This document shows positions 1 to 10,036 of a DNA stretch of 30,889 nt, piece by piece. Position 1 is the first letter of the stretch, and each line of letters opens with the position of its first letter. The notes below the pieces were generated by a model that did not search any database, was not told where the DNA came from, and worked only from the letters and a program-made list of their open reading frames with translations. Source of the stretch: Pseudomonadota bacterium (GTDB lineage Bacteria; Bdellovibrionota; FAC87; UBA2466); assembly GCA_043767805.1 (NCBI GenBank), contig JAYUGC010000089.1, forward strand, positions 1 to 30,889, written 5' to 3'. Both the position numbers and the translations under genes were made by a program.

Positions 1-387
1 TTCCGAGCGCGAGAGATCCAAGTCCCCGTTCGTCACTGCTCCGTCCAAAGCCAGTACCGTCGCTCTTTTTACGATGCCGGATTTCGATACCCATTCGGCG
101 ATGCGGGCGATGGAGAGGCCATCGCCTCCTTTGGCGAGCGCCTCTCGAGTCAAGCCGTAGGCTTTTAGGTAGGTCGTGATCTTGTAACTATCTCTGATCT
201 TCGGGGAGAGATAACAGCCGCTCTTTCCGCCGAGTCCCGCGGCATGGACGTGCATGTCCATGACCGATCCAGCCGGCAGCGGCTGGGGAGGGAGCGCCGG
301 TCCCCGAAAGGCCAAGGTGCGAAAAACTAGGAGCACCAGCGGAAGGCTCGCCACGATTAGTAACGCGCGGGCTCGTTTACTGCGCAC
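1..387 (-). CDS. Amidohydrolase-family metallohydrolase, N-terminal part (runs off the left edge)
   Basis: Hand-translated and absent from the ORF track. A GTG at 387 opens a frame to position 1: MRSKRARALLIVASLPLVLLVF (anchor/signal)...VMDMHVHAAGLGG (DxHxH metal motif)...TVLALDGAVTNGDLD. Overlaps the stop of the CPXCG gene. Confidence 0.75.
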   Translation of the reverse strand, partial: MRSKRARALLIVASLPLVLLVFRTLAFRGPALPPQPLPAGSVMDMHVHAAGLGGKSGCYLSPKIRDSYKITTYLKAYGLTREALAKGGDGLSIARIAEWVSKSGIVKRATVLALDGAVTNGDLDLSRSE

Positions 388-565
388 GATCCGCCGCGAA
401 GGAAACTATCTCCCCCGCCTCCGACGTGTAAGAGACCGAGATCGGATTGCAGCAGTTCTCGCAATCTTCCACGTAAGTTTGAGATCCATCCGACGACGGA
501 TCCAAGACCATGGAGATGGGTTCCCAGCAATAGGGACAGACGAATGTATGCTCGGTTTGCTCCAT
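377..565 (-). CDS. CPXCG-motif cysteine-rich small protein (zinc-ribbon-like)
   Basis: 62 aa with CPYCWE...YVEDCENCCNPI, the typical pattern of this family. Confidence 0.88.
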   Translation of the reverse strand: MEQTEHTFVCPYCWEPISMVLDPSSDGSQTYVEDCENCCNPISVSYTSEAGEIVSFAADRAQ

Positions 566-595
566 AAGGCGACCAAGAGTAGCCTAAGAGCATCC

Positions 596-1315
596 ATGTT
601 CTACATCAAGCTCGTCCTCATGTGCTTTTGGGCGGTTCTGGCCACTCTTTTGGTATTTCCACTCTTTTGGATGCCGAATGCCTTTCCAAGATGGGTCAGA
701 TTCGTGGCCCGGGGCGTCCTATTTATCGCCGGTATCCGCGTCGAGATCGAGGGTCAGCACCACATGGCCGAGCGACGACCGTGCGTCATCGTCGGCAATC
801 ACCAGAGCGCGTTCGACTTCGCGACTTTCGGCAGGTTCATTCCCAATCGGTGCACGGGCATCGCCAAACGTGAGCTCGCGTTCATGCCGCTCATAGGCTG
901 GTACTTCGCGCTCTCCGGCGGCTTTCTGATTCACAGAAAAAACCGGACTCGGGCGGTCGGGCTTTTGTCGGATGTGGCGGAGCACTTGAAGGAGCACCAG
1001 CTTGCCGTCGGCATCATGCCGGAAGGAACGCGCAACCGCGCCGGCAAGGGGCTTTTGCCTTTCAAGAAGGGTGCCTTTCATCTCGCCGTGGAAGCGGGAG
1101 CGGATATCGTCGTGGTCGTGAGCGAGCCGCTTGAACGGATCGCCAATTTCGATACGCGCACTCTGACCCCCGGCAAAGTGAAGCTCATCGCGTTTGCGCC
1201 CATCCCAGTGAAGGGAAAGACGGTCGACGAGCTTGCGGACCTAGTTCGAGAGCGCATGCTCACCCAGCTAGAGGTTTTTTCGCCTACACTAAGTTCTGCA
1301 GCGCCCGGCCGGTAA
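596..1315 (+). CDS. plsC: 1-acyl-sn-glycerol-3-phosphate acyltransferase
   Basis: NHQSAFD (HX4D) and MPEGTR motifs, FKKGAFHLA, N-terminal TM helix. Start placed at ATG 596 because the upstream extension overlaps two minus-strand genes. Confidence 0.9.
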   Translation: MFYIKLVLMCFWAVLATLLVFPLFWMPNAFPRWVRFVARGVLFIAGIRVEIEGQHHMAERRPCVIVGNHQSAFDFATFGRFIPNRCTGIAKRELAFMPLIGWYFALSGGFLIHRKNRTRAVGLLSDVAEHLKEHQLAVGIMPEGTRNRAGKGLLPFKKGAFHLAVEAGADIVVVVSEPLERIANFDTRTLTPGKVKLIAFAPIPVKGKTVDELADLVRERMLTQLEVFSPTLSSAAPGR

Positions 1316-2867
1316 GCCCGACCACCATGGAGCGCGGAATGGATTTCCCGCCGTCGGGCCAGCGGCTCGTCGGATTTTCCGCCGTAGTCGAGAGCTCTCC
1401 CGGGTGCTGAACCGAGAGAAAGAGCGTTTCACCGTCCGGCGTAAAGCAGGGCCCCGTGAACTCGGCGTCGTTTGGCGCGGTGGCGGCGCGGAAAGCTTTG
1501 CCCGCGTGCTTACCTTGCGTCGGAATGTAATAGAGGCCGTTATTGCCGAAGGATTTATACTCGCCCTTATTCATCGACTTTCCCGAAACGTCGCTCGTCA
1601 TCCACAGATTGCCCCGGCGATCGAACTCGAGGTTGTCGGGGGAAGCAAAGCCCGCTTCGATGCCCCCCGCCGCGAAAGTGGAGAACTCGAAATCTCTTCC
1701 TAAGACGTTGCCTCTTCGTTCGACGACTTTTGCGATCTGACCATACGGATCGTTTCGTTTCGCCGAGTTGGTCAGCGTCAGGAAAATCGCGCCGGTAAGG
1801 GGATCGACCGCCACGTCTTCCGGGCGGTGGAGCGGGGTGCCGCCCACGAGTTCCGCGGCCAGCCGCGTGTGGATCAAGAGCTCGGTCTGGGTTGCGAACT
1901 CCTGCTTGAGCTTCGGATCTATTTCCCGGTCGAGCGGGAGCCCGCGGCCGTTGATCATATCGGCGACAAAAAGAGTGCCGCGCTCCAAGGAGCCCGGATG
2001 ATCCGAAATGAACTTATAGAAGCAGCGGTCCTCGGCGTCGTCGCCCATGTAAACCGCAAGCCGTCCGTCGTTGCCTTTTACGACGGTCGCGCACTCGTGC
2101 GCGAACCGTCCAAGGGCGACGAGCTTCTTCGCCTGTCCCGTCTTGACGTCGACTTCGACGACCCAGCCATAGTGGCGGGGGTCGCGCTTTTGGAACTTCT
2201 CCCAGCCATAGAGCGAAGGTGCGGGGAGTCGTTCCCCGTTACGGCCGACTTCGCCGTAGAAGTCTTGATAGTTCTCTTCGCAAGTCAGGAGAGATCCCCA
2301 GGGCGTGGATCCTCCGGCGCAGTTGCCGAACGTGCCCACGCCCGTGCGGCTTCCCGCGATGGGCTCGGACCAGGCGAAAGGAATTTCGGTGAGGCCCGTG
2401 AGCCGGCGGTTCATGGTGTCGTTTGGCACCAGCGCCCACTTTCCTTGGGGATTGCGCCGAAGGCGGGCGATGGAACCGCCAACCGAAAGTTGCTCTACCG
2501 CGACTTGAGCTGCCGTTTTGTCTTTGCCCGCCTCAAAGCCAGGAGTGAAACAGAGGGGAGGAGGGGCTTCGTGGTTCGACCAAAGGAGCCCGTCGTTCTT
2601 GGAGAGAGGAAAGTAAGCCAGAAAATCGTTATTTGCGCCGAACAGGTCTCCCCTGGCATTGAGCGAGTCTCCCCACTTCAGAATGGAGTGAAACTCCAAG
2701 CCATCGGCCAGAATAAGGACATCTCGATCGGAGGGGCCGACGGGAGAGAAGGGAATCGCGGACCCAGCGAAGGCGCCGCCGGCTCCCGCGAGTAACATGG
2801 CCTCCACCCCTACGGCCGCTCGTCCCATGAAAGCCAGAAACTCTCGTCGAGAAAAGTTGTCCTGCAT
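1284..2867 (-). CDS. phoX: PhoX-family (DUF839) alkaline phosphatase, Tat-exported
   Basis: Tat motif SRREFL; NCAGGSTPWG, TCEEN, GRFAHE, RPED, SPDNL, EFTGP, SVQHPGE motifs. Confidence 0.92.
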   Translation of the reverse strand: MQDNFSRREFLAFMGRAAVGVEAMLLAGAGGAFAGSAIPFSPVGPSDRDVLILADGLEFHSILKWGDSLNARGDLFGANNDFLAYFPLSKNDGLLWSNHEAPPPLCFTPGFEAGKDKTAAQVAVEQLSVGGSIARLRRNPQGKWALVPNDTMNRRLTGLTEIPFAWSEPIAGSRTGVGTFGNCAGGSTPWGSLLTCEENYQDFYGEVGRNGERLPAPSLYGWEKFQKRDPRHYGWVVEVDVKTGQAKKLVALGRFAHECATVVKGNDGRLAVYMGDDAEDRCFYKFISDHPGSLERGTLFVADMINGRGLPLDREIDPKLKQEFATQTELLIHTRLAAELVGGTPLHRPEDVAVDPLTGAIFLTLTNSAKRNDPYGQIAKVVERRGNVLGRDFEFSTFAAGGIEAGFASPDNLEFDRRGNLWMTSDVSGKSMNKGEYKSFGNNGLYYIPTQGKHAGKAFRAATAPNDAEFTGPCFTPDGETLFLSVQHPGELSTTAENPTSRWPDGGKSIPRSMVVGLTGRALQNLV

Positions 2868-2984
2868 GGGGATCCAGATACCGGATCGGGAGGTCGTTCA
2901 AAAGTAAAGAATCGGATAAATTCTAACGCGAAGTGCCGTGACCGGAACTTGCCGAAAGGGGCAGCCCTCGGTACTTGAAAGGCC

Positions 2985-3953
2985 ATGAAAAACTTCGTCG
3001 CGGTCGCCGCTCTTTTCTCTTCTTTCGCCTTTGGCGCGGGTAAGCCCGTGGCACTTGCCGTCCACGGAGGCACGGGCATTCCGAAACGCGAGCTGGCCCC
3101 CGAAGCGGAGGCGCTCATTCGGCGAGATCTCACGGACGCGCTGAGAGCTGGGCTAGACAAACTCAAGGGAACGGGCGGCTTGGACGGCATCGAGGCGGCC
3201 ATTCGGGTGCTCGAGGACTCGCCGAGATTCAATGCGGGCAAGGGCTCGGTCTTTACGAAGGACGGGCGCAACGAAATGGACGCTTCCATCATGGAAGGGA
3301 AGACGAAACGAGCGGGCGCCGTCGCCGCCGTGACTGTCGTCAAAAATCCCATCCGCGCGGCTAGAGCGGTCATGGAAAAAACTCCGCACGTGATGGTGGT
3401 CGGCGTTGGTGCGGAGAAGGTGGCGAAAGAGGCCGGCCTCGAGATCGTCGACACCGGTTACTTCCGGACCGAGCAGCGATGGAAAGAGCTGCAAGATTAT
3501 TTAGCCAAGAAGAAAGCGGCTAATGATCCTCCTCCCCATCACCAATGGGGCACGGTGGGCGCGGTCGCGGTGGATAAAAACGGCTCACTCTTCGCGGGAA
3601 CCTCCACGGGCGGCATGACGGGAAAGATACCGGGCCGGCTGGGAGACTCTCCCATCATCGGGGCGGGGACGTACGCGGACAACGCGGGCTGCGCGGTCTC
3701 GGCCACGGGACACGGCGAGTACTTCATTCGCTTTCACGTCGCGTCCGATATCAACGCCCTCATGAAGTACAAAGGCATGACGGTGGAGGCTGCCGCGAAA
3801 GAAGTCATCGCGAAGAAAGTCGTTCCCGCGGGTGGCGAGGGCGGCGTCATCGCCCTCGATGCCAAAGGTAACTTCGCAGCGCCGTTTGTTTCGGACGGCC
3901 TATACCGCGGAACCATCGCGTGGGACGGAAGCGTGGATGTACAGCTTTACTAA
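2985..3953 (+). CDS. iaaA: Isoaspartyl peptidase / plant-type L-asparaginase (Ntn hydrolase) with signal peptide
   Basis: HGGxG, FNAGKG, EMDASIM, GTVGAVA (nucleophile Thr), TSTGG, GRLGDSP, SATGHGE. Confidence 0.92.
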   Translation: MKNFVAVAALFSSFAFGAGKPVALAVHGGTGIPKRELAPEAEALIRRDLTDALRAGLDKLKGTGGLDGIEAAIRVLEDSPRFNAGKGSVFTKDGRNEMDASIMEGKTKRAGAVAAVTVVKNPIRAARAVMEKTPHVMVVGVGAEKVAKEAGLEIVDTGYFRTEQRWKELQDYLAKKKAANDPPPHHQWGTVGAVAVDKNGSLFAGTSTGGMTGKIPGRLGDSPIIGAGTYADNAGCAVSATGHGEYFIRFHVASDINALMKYKGMTVEAAAKEVIAKKVVPAGGEGGVIALDAKGNFAAPFVSDGLYRGTIAWDGSVDVQLY

Positions 3954-4032
3954 GGCTCCGAAACGCGTTTGAGGTTTCTTTTACCTGCCGTATCCTCGCC
4001 GTATTCCCACCCACAGCTCGTCTTCACTCGGT

Positions 4033-4048
4033 TGGCATCTCACCTGCA
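4033..4048 (+). promoter_or_regulatory. Putative sigma-54 (-24/-12) promoter for the lipoprotein-OmpA pair
   Basis: TGGCAT-CTCAC-CTGCA, GG-N10-GC spacing exact, 40 nt upstream of ATG 4089. Confidence 0.55.
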
Positions 4049-4088
4049 CTACTCATTCGCGCAATCACAAAAGCGGAGTAGTAGCTGT

Positions 4089-4670
4089 ATGAAATTCACG
4101 TTGTTTGAAGTTGATAGCAAGCGTCCTCTTTGGGGTTCAGTCACTGTTGTCGGGTACTTGTCGTACTTTGTCCTGATTATTGGACTACTGTCTGGTTGTT
4201 CCACACGGGTGGATACCGAGAACGCGACCGGCACCTCTCCCCAGGTCTTACCCACGGGCACGAGTCAGGTTCCGTTGCCTCCTAATCTCTTTGGGGGGGA
4301 CTATTCGCCTCCGGTCACTCCGACCAATCAATATTACCCGCCGAGCAGCGGCCCCATTTACGTTCCGCCCACGGCGATGACTTGTTATCTGCAGCGCTCG
4401 GGTGGGTATTATTACGTCGGCTACGGCGTGCGTTGGGACTTCACCTCGGATACGGGCGAGCCTCTCGAAGTGACTCGCATCGATAGCGGAGAGTATTGGA
4501 GCTCGCCTCCGCAATATCCGTTGCCGGCTAGCTTCGCGATCACTTTCTACACGGCGGGAAATCGTCAGCTTTCCTTCACCGTGCGCTCGCGTAACAACCC
4601 GAGTAGTTATTGCAACGGCGGCCAGGCTATCTACGACTCGGTTTACGTGAATCAGCCTCAGTACTACTGA
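4089..4670 (+). CDS. Hypothetical lipoprotein, Pro/Tyr-rich linker plus a beta-rich C-terminal domain
   Basis: Hydrophobic stretch ending in lipobox LLSGC; low-complexity P/T/Y region; two Cys flank the C-terminal domain. Start uncertain. Confidence 0.65.
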   Translation: MKFTLFEVDSKRPLWGSVTVVGYLSYFVLIIGLLSGCSTRVDTENATGTSPQVLPTGTSQVPLPPNLFGGDYSPPVTPTNQYYPPSSGPIYVPPTAMTCYLQRSGGYYYVGYGVRWDFTSDTGEPLEVTRIDSGEYWSSPPQYPLPASFAITFYTAGNRQLSFTVRSRNNPSSYCNGGQAIYDSVYVNQPQYY

Positions 4671-4693
4671 GGCCCCGCAACAAGGAATTAGTG

Positions 4694-5848
4694 ATGCGAA
4701 AGCTCTTGGGTTTGGTCTTTGGATTGGGACTTTGCCTGGCCTTACCGGCCCGGGCCGAAGGCTATCTTTTCGGCGGTGTCGATCTCGGCTTCTCGGGTCT
4801 CACCAGCCAGATGCCGGGTGAAGTCGATAAGATGGGCGCGGACGTCGGTTTCAAGGGACTCGTTTCCATGGAAATGGAAAAGTTCGTGATCGACCTTGGT
4901 TTTGGCTGGCGCTTCAATCATGTCGTCGGTGGCCCGAACATCCGCCGGGTGACTATTTCGACCCGAAACGCGTTCTTCGAGTTTTCTCCCCGCATCCACT
5001 TGAACGAGAACTGGCAGCTCGGTCCCTGGGCGCAATTTCACTTCGGCTCCGAAGTGGGCCTATCCGAGCAGCTCTCGACCTCGCAGCTCAATTCTTTTTA
5101 CTTGGGCGGCCAGCTGGTGTCCGAGTGGGGCAACGAGAAGAATCGCTACCGTTTCGGCGTGCGAGGCGGCGTCGATATGAACGTGCCCTCGCGTATGCAC
5201 TGGTCGGCAGGCATTACCTTTCAGATCGGCACGCGCATTTTCGGGGGAGGCTCTTCCGAGCCGGCCCTCGAGCCGGCACCCGAGCCGCCATCGGAAGTCA
5301 GCCGGGTGGAAGAGATGCCCGACATCCCGGCCGAGCGTTCCACCGCGTGGGACGATCCGGAAGAGTTCGCGCCTCGTAAGAAAGAGTACGACAACGGCGC
5401 TTTCCGCGTCGAAAGCCGGGGCGAGTCGACCCTCATCATCACGACCTATTCGACCGCTTTGAACTTTCTAACTGGCCGCACGACCCTTTCAACCGGATCG
5501 GAAATGACCTTTCGCAAGCTGGGCGGGTACCTGTCGGAGCACTCCACTCAATGGGAGCGCGCCACCATCGACGGACACGCCGATGAAAGAGGCTCCGATC
5601 GTTACAATCGTAAGCTCTCGCAAAAGCGAGCGGCCTTTATTCGCGCCATGTTCGTTCGTCAGGGCGTGGTCCCGGGCCGTCTCTATTCGCGCGGCTTCGG
5701 GGAAGACCGCCCCCTCGACCGGCGCCATAATGCCGCCGCCTGGGAGCAGAACCGGCGCGTGGAAATCGTCGTGCACAACGTGCGCGATAAGCAGGCACTC
5801 ATCGATCTCGTGAAGTCCATTCCGCGCACGCTCGCGTTTCGCTACTGA
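4694..5848 (+). CDS. OmpA-family outer-membrane protein (beta-barrel, linker, OmpA_C peptidoglycan-binding domain)
   Basis: Signal peptide; alternating beta strands; IDGHADERGSDRYNRKLSQKRA, GFGEDRP, NRRVEI; SD AAGGA upstream. Confidence 0.88.
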   Translation: MRKLLGLVFGLGLCLALPARAEGYLFGGVDLGFSGLTSQMPGEVDKMGADVGFKGLVSMEMEKFVIDLGFGWRFNHVVGGPNIRRVTISTRNAFFEFSPRIHLNENWQLGPWAQFHFGSEVGLSEQLSTSQLNSFYLGGQLVSEWGNEKNRYRFGVRGGVDMNVPSRMHWSAGITFQIGTRIFGGGSSEPALEPAPEPPSEVSRVEEMPDIPAERSTAWDDPEEFAPRKKEYDNGAFRVESRGESTLIITTYSTALNFLTGRTTLSTGSEMTFRKLGGYLSEHSTQWERATIDGHADERGSDRYNRKLSQKRAAFIRAMFVRQGVVPGRLYSRGFGEDRPLDRRHNAAAWEQNRRVEIVVHNVRDKQALIDLVKSIPRTLAFRY

Positions 5849-7740
5849 GCAACGCGGGTCGGAGGCTGAGTATCCCAGCCGGGAACCAGGCGAGCTAGAC
5901 CTTCGCTCAACTCCGGCGAGAAGGGAAGTTGTGGCTCGGCTTTCTCGTAACGTCCGTTCAAGTGGTGAATGATAGCGGGCCGCTTGCCGATGATGCTCGT
6001 CTTCAGATTCGTAATCGATCTAAATTCGACGATCGCTTTGTGATCTCCCGCGTCCACCAGGTAAAGATAAGGCGTGTAGTTCGAGCATTGCGCCGAAATG
6101 GCGGCCCGGCCGGGCTTTGGGTCAAGAAGCGACTGGCCGTCCAAGACTCCTTTCAGCTCCGCATACACCCCAATGGCGTCGAGCAAAGTCGGAAAAATAT
6201 CCAGGTGACTCACGGGAGCGACCGGAGCTGTCGGAGTCTTGCCGGGGAGAGAGAGAAGCACGGGCACCCGGAGCTGATACTGATTGAGATCAGAAGCGTG
6301 AGTGACGTGGCCCTTTTCGAAATGTTCTTCGCCGTGATCTCCGGTGACGGCGATGATCGGCGATTTTCCGGACTTTTGGCTCTTGGCGAGGAACTCACCC
6401 ATGAGCGAGTCGACGTAGGCTAGCGCGTTCTTGTAGCGGTTTTTCATCAGGGGCACGGCATCGGCGGACAGCTCGACTTTCAAAAGAGAGGTCAGCGGCA
6501 GAAACGGTTTAAACGGAGGGTTAAAGGAGTCGCTCCATTCGTAGTCGTGATGGGTGGAGTCGAGGAAAACCAAATGAACCGTCGGTAACCCTTTCTTGTC
6601 GAGGCTCTCCAAGGCGAGATCCATCACCCGGCGATCGAGCTCGGAAATCCGAGTGAGCCCTCGGGAGAGGTGGACCCGCTGATCGGAAATTTCCGAGGCG
6701 AGCGATCGGTCGGGCCCGAACAATGTGTTTCCGATAGCGTAGTAGTCCATGTTTGGCGTCGCGAGGACGCGAATCTGGTACCCCACTTGGGAAAGAGCCG
6801 CGAGCGGTATGGATTGATAGGGGTGGTCGGGCTGATGGGAAATCAGGCTCCAGAACATGGGCGAGCGGGAGTGAAAGACGGAGTACCACGAAACGTGAGT
6901 GCAGTTGGAGGCCGCTATCCCCTGCGACGTCCCGAACGCCGTCGTGGCGAACTGACTCAGGTGAGGGGCTACCTCCGGGACGAGATGATCCGAGCGCAGG
7001 CTCTCGATGACGAAGAGATAAATGTCGGGAAGTTTCCTGCCTTTCACGGAGTGAATCCCGCGGACCGCTTGATCGGACTTATCCAAGGGAGTCATCTCTC
7101 TCACGAAAGTTCCCGGATAGGTCATGAGAGACGGGCGCTCGGCGACGTAGAGAGGCAGAAGCGGTAAAATGCGCCGTCTTCGCTCCCGGGTGCTCGCCGT
7201 CAAAATTTTCGGAATGCTGGCTTCGCACAGAGCTAAAGCCAAAAGCGAAAATCCCATCACCAAGACAAAGGGCCTCGTCGAAACTCGCCGGTAGAGGCGA
7301 GAGCCGTGGGTCATCGCCAAAAACATCAGAGTCCCGATGCTCAAGCCGGTAAGCAGAACGATGCCGGAGACCACCGCGAATTGTTTTCTCTGGACCGCGC
7401 GAAACGTGGTCATCATCGACCAGTAGAGCAGGGGGATGGTCTCTTCGATGTGTAGACCCAGCCATCTATAACTCAAGTTGTCCCAGAGAAATAAGCTCGC
7501 CAGCAAACCTGCCACGGTCCAAACGGACGCCGCTTGCCATCTTTGCGAGTAGGCGCCCGCCACCAAGAGAATGAGGCAAATCAAAGTCGTGGCTTGAGAA
7601 AGCGCGCAGAGATAAATGATCACGCCTTCCTTCCAAGACAGGGATCCGAACAGGGAGATCAGGCCTAGATGCCCGGCAAGGACGAAAAAGGAGACCAGAC
7701 CCGCCATGGGCAGGTTGATGAGAAAGTTCCAGTCTTTCAT
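5842..7740 (-). CDS. Membrane-anchored sulfatase-like hydrolase/transferase (LTA synthase / YejM-like)
   Basis: About 5 N-terminal TM helices; IESLRSD, NCTHVS (no CxPxR), THHDY, TGDHGEE, SHLDIFPTLL. Confidence 0.8.
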   Translation of the reverse strand: MKDWNFLINLPMAGLVSFFVLAGHLGLISLFGSLSWKEGVIIYLCALSQATTLICLILLVAGAYSQRWQAASVWTVAGLLASLFLWDNLSYRWLGLHIEETIPLLYWSMMTTFRAVQRKQFAVVSGIVLLTGLSIGTLMFLAMTHGSRLYRRVSTRPFVLVMGFSLLALALCEASIPKILTASTRERRRRILPLLPLYVAERPSLMTYPGTFVREMTPLDKSDQAVRGIHSVKGRKLPDIYLFVIESLRSDHLVPEVAPHLSQFATTAFGTSQGIAASNCTHVSWYSVFHSRSPMFWSLISHQPDHPYQSIPLAALSQVGYQIRVLATPNMDYYAIGNTLFGPDRSLASEISDQRVHLSRGLTRISELDRRVMDLALESLDKKGLPTVHLVFLDSTHHDYEWSDSFNPPFKPFLPLTSLLKVELSADAVPLMKNRYKNALAYVDSLMGEFLAKSQKSGKSPIIAVTGDHGEEHFEKGHVTHASDLNQYQLRVPVLLSLPGKTPTAPVAPVSHLDIFPTLLDAIGVYAELKGVLDGQSLLDPKPGRAAISAQCSNYTPYLYLVDAGDHKAIVEFRSITNLKTSIIGKRPAIIHHLNGRYEKAEPQLPFSPELSEGLARLVPGWDTQPPTRVAQ

Positions 7741-7769
7741 GAAGTGCTTAAGTCGAGACAAGCTCCCGA

Positions 7770-7778
7770 ATTCTAGCA
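7770..7778 (-). promoter_or_regulatory. Putative extended -10 promoter for the sulfatase-like gene
   Basis: TGCTAGAAT on the minus strand, about 30 nt upstream of ATG 7740. Confidence 0.4.
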
Positions 7779-7800
7779 CTTAAATAGGAATTCCCGGAAA

Positions 7801-8835
7801 TTAGAAAATGGTGAGCTGGGCTTCCCCGCCGCGGCTTGGCGGATTGATGCCGAGGTGTTGATAAGCCCGCTCGGTGGCCACTCGCCCGCGAGGGGTACGA
7901 TTTAGGTAGCCGCGCTGAATGAGATAAGGCTCGTACACGTCTTCGAGTGTCTCCCGTTCTTCGCTTAAGGCGGACGCGAGCGTTTCGATCCCGACCGGAC
8001 CGCCGCCGAACTTCTCGATGACGGTACGCAGAAAGAGCCGATCCATCTGATCGAGGCCCACGTGATCCACTTCGAGCATGGAGAGCGCTTCGGATGCGAC
8101 TTTACGCGTGATGACGCCATCCGCGCGCATCTCGGCGTAATCGCGGACACGGCGAAGGAGCCGGTTCGCGATGCGGGGCGTGCCGCGCGAGCGCCGGGCG
8201 ATTTCGAGGGCGCCTTCCATATCGAGTCGGCATTTCAAGATGCCGGCCGAACGGACGAGAATCATCTGAAGATCTTCCGGCTGATAATAATCGAGCCGCA
8301 AGATCATACCGAACCGGCCCATGAGCGGAGAGGTGAGCTGCCCCGCCCTCGTGGTCGCGCCGATGAGGGTAAACTTGGGAAGGTTCAGTTTCATCACGCG
8401 CGCGCTCGGGCCCTGGCCCAAAATGATGTCCAGATGAAAGTCTTCGAGCGCGGGGTAGAGCGACTCTTCCACCACGCGGTTCAAACGGTGGATCTCATCG
8501 ATAAAAAGGATATCGCGCGGGCTGAGCGAAGTCAGGATGGCCGCGAGGTCTCCGGACTTCTCCAGCGCCGGGCCGGAAGTTGAGACGACGTTGACGCCCA
8601 TCTCCTGCGCCATGACGTGGGCGAGCGAGGTTTTTCCGAGACCGGGAGGCCCACAGAACAAAGTGTGATCGATGGCCTCGCTGCGGTTTTTGGCGGCGCC
8701 TAGGAAAATAACGAGCTTTTCCTTCATTTCCTTCTGGCCGATGAAATCGGCGAGGCTCTTCGGGCGAAGGGAATAGTCTTCGCTCTTCTCGTTGTTGGTC
8801 TGGCGCAAATCCAAAACGCGATCGGGATCAAGCAT
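7801..8835 (-). CDS. ruvB: Holliday junction branch migration ATPase RuvB
   Basis: [59 protein letters not shown]. Confidence 0.98.
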   Translation of the reverse strand: MLDPDRVLDLRQTNNEKSEDYSLRPKSLADFIGQKEMKEKLVIFLGAAKNRSEAIDHTLFCGPPGLGKTSLAHVMAQEMGVNVVSTSGPALEKSGDLAAILTSLSPRDILFIDEIHRLNRVVEESLYPALEDFHLDIILGQGPSARVMKLNLPKFTLIGATTRAGQLTSPLMGRFGMILRLDYYQPEDLQMILVRSAGILKCRLDMEGALEIARRSRGTPRIANRLLRRVRDYAEMRADGVITRKVASEALSMLEVDHVGLDQMDRLFLRTVIEKFGGGPVGIETLASALSEERETLEDVYEPYLIQRGYLNRTPRGRVATERAYQHLGINPPSRGGEAQLTIF

Positions 8836-9496
8836 GGCGAGGTGCCTCCGCGCTGGCCGTCGCCCGTCCCGAGAGCTCCGCCAGAGCGCGCTTCAGGGAA
8901 GCCTCGAAGCCCATGCTTTCCAGAGTCTCGTCGTCAAACAGCCGGTCGAGAATGATCTTGATGGGATTGGGCTGGTAACCCAAGTGACTGAGAGCGGAAA
9001 TCAAATCGCTGCGAAGCGAGGACTCGAGCGCTTCCGGGCTCGCCGCTTCGGAAGCGGGGAGCGTAACGGGGCGGTTCGCGAAAATGGCGAGCTTTTCGAT
9101 CTTGCCCGAGAGATCGAGGACTATCCGCTGCGCCAAAGTTTTGCCTACGCCGTGCGCTTCGCTGATGGCGCCCGTGTTCTTGGTCATGATGTAGTTGGCA
9201 AGCCGTTCCCAGCCGTGCTCAGAGAGGAGCGACAGCCCATGCTTCGGGCCGAGGCCGTTCACGCTGAGCAAAACCCGGAAAAACTGTTTTTCCTCGTCGG
9301 AGGGAAATCCATAAAGCGCGAGGATGTCTTCGCGGACATGGGTGTGGGTCCAGAGGGACACTTCCTGCTCGAGCCTAAGGGAGTCAAAGAGCCTGGCCGA
9401 GAGGATCATTTCATAGCCGATATGGCCGGTCAGGATCACGCAGGTGGTGTTGGTCAGCGACTTCGAAAGGACTTTTCCGTGGATGAAACCGATCAC
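8828..9496 (-). CDS. ruvA: Holliday junction DNA-binding protein RuvA
   Basis: MIGFIHGK start (GTG overlapping the ruvC TGA), [39 protein letters not shown]. Confidence 0.95.
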   Translation of the reverse strand: MIGFIHGKVLSKSLTNTTCVILTGHIGYEMILSARLFDSLRLEQEVSLWTHTHVREDILALYGFPSDEEKQFFRVLLSVNGLGPKHGLSLLSEHGWERLANYIMTKNTGAISEAHGVGKTLAQRIVLDLSGKIEKLAIFANRPVTLPASEAASPEALESSLRSDLISALSHLGYQPNPIKIILDRLFDDETLESMGFEASLKRALAELSGRATASAEAPRHA

Positions 9497-9990
9497 GACG
9501 TCAGGGCTCCCAAGTTGAATGAGTGGGCGTGACACAGGGCGACGGCTAAAGCGTCCGTCGCGTCGAAACCCAAGTCCAGCTTGGCTCCCAGGCTGAGACC
9601 CACCATTTTACGCACGTGCTCTTTGTCAGCCCGGCCGTATCCTGTCACAACGGATTTTACCTGGGTAGGGGCATATTCGTAGATCTGAAGCCCACGGCCG
9701 AGACAAGCGGCGACCGCGACTCCACGCGCCATTCCCAGCTTGAACGCGCTCTGCGGATTCTTGCCGAAGAAGGTATTCTCGACGGCAACCTCATCGGGGT
9801 TCAGCTCTTCAATCCGTTCCCGAAGGCGAACGTGGAGGAAATCGAGGCGCTCGAAAAACTCTTTTTTCGGGGCGTGGAGTGTCTCGGCGAAAAGCAGCCT
9901 CACCTTATTATCCCGTTTCTCGACGAGCCCCAGCCCCAAATGAAGCGAGCCAGGATCGATCCCCAAGATGCGCCGAGTTAACTGAGCCAC
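9493..9990 (-). CDS. ruvC: Crossover junction endodeoxyribonuclease RuvC
   Basis: ILGIDPGS, VAVE, KLGMARG, YAPTQVKSVVTGYGRADKEHV, DATDALAVALCH. Confidence 0.97.
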   Translation of the reverse strand: MAQLTRRILGIDPGSLHLGLGLVEKRDNKVRLLFAETLHAPKKEFFERLDFLHVRLRERIEELNPDEVAVENTFFGKNPQSAFKLGMARGVAVAACLGRGLQIYEYAPTQVKSVVTGYGRADKEHVRKMVGLSLGAKLDLGFDATDALAVALCHAHSFNLGALTS

Positions 9991-10007
9991 GAGCCCATTC
10001 TACCGTG

Positions 10008-10036
10008 TCTTAAAAGGTAGGCCCTACCTTTTAAGA
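10008..10036. repeat. Perfect 14-bp inverted repeat upstream of ruvC
   Basis: TCTTAAAAGGTAGG-C-CCTACCTTTTAAGA. Confidence 0.85.

Noticed and set aside
254..595. 114-aa N-terminal extension of plsC in the ORF track
   Set aside because: It is antisense to two motif-supported minus-strand genes; the PlsC-like sequence starts at ATG 596
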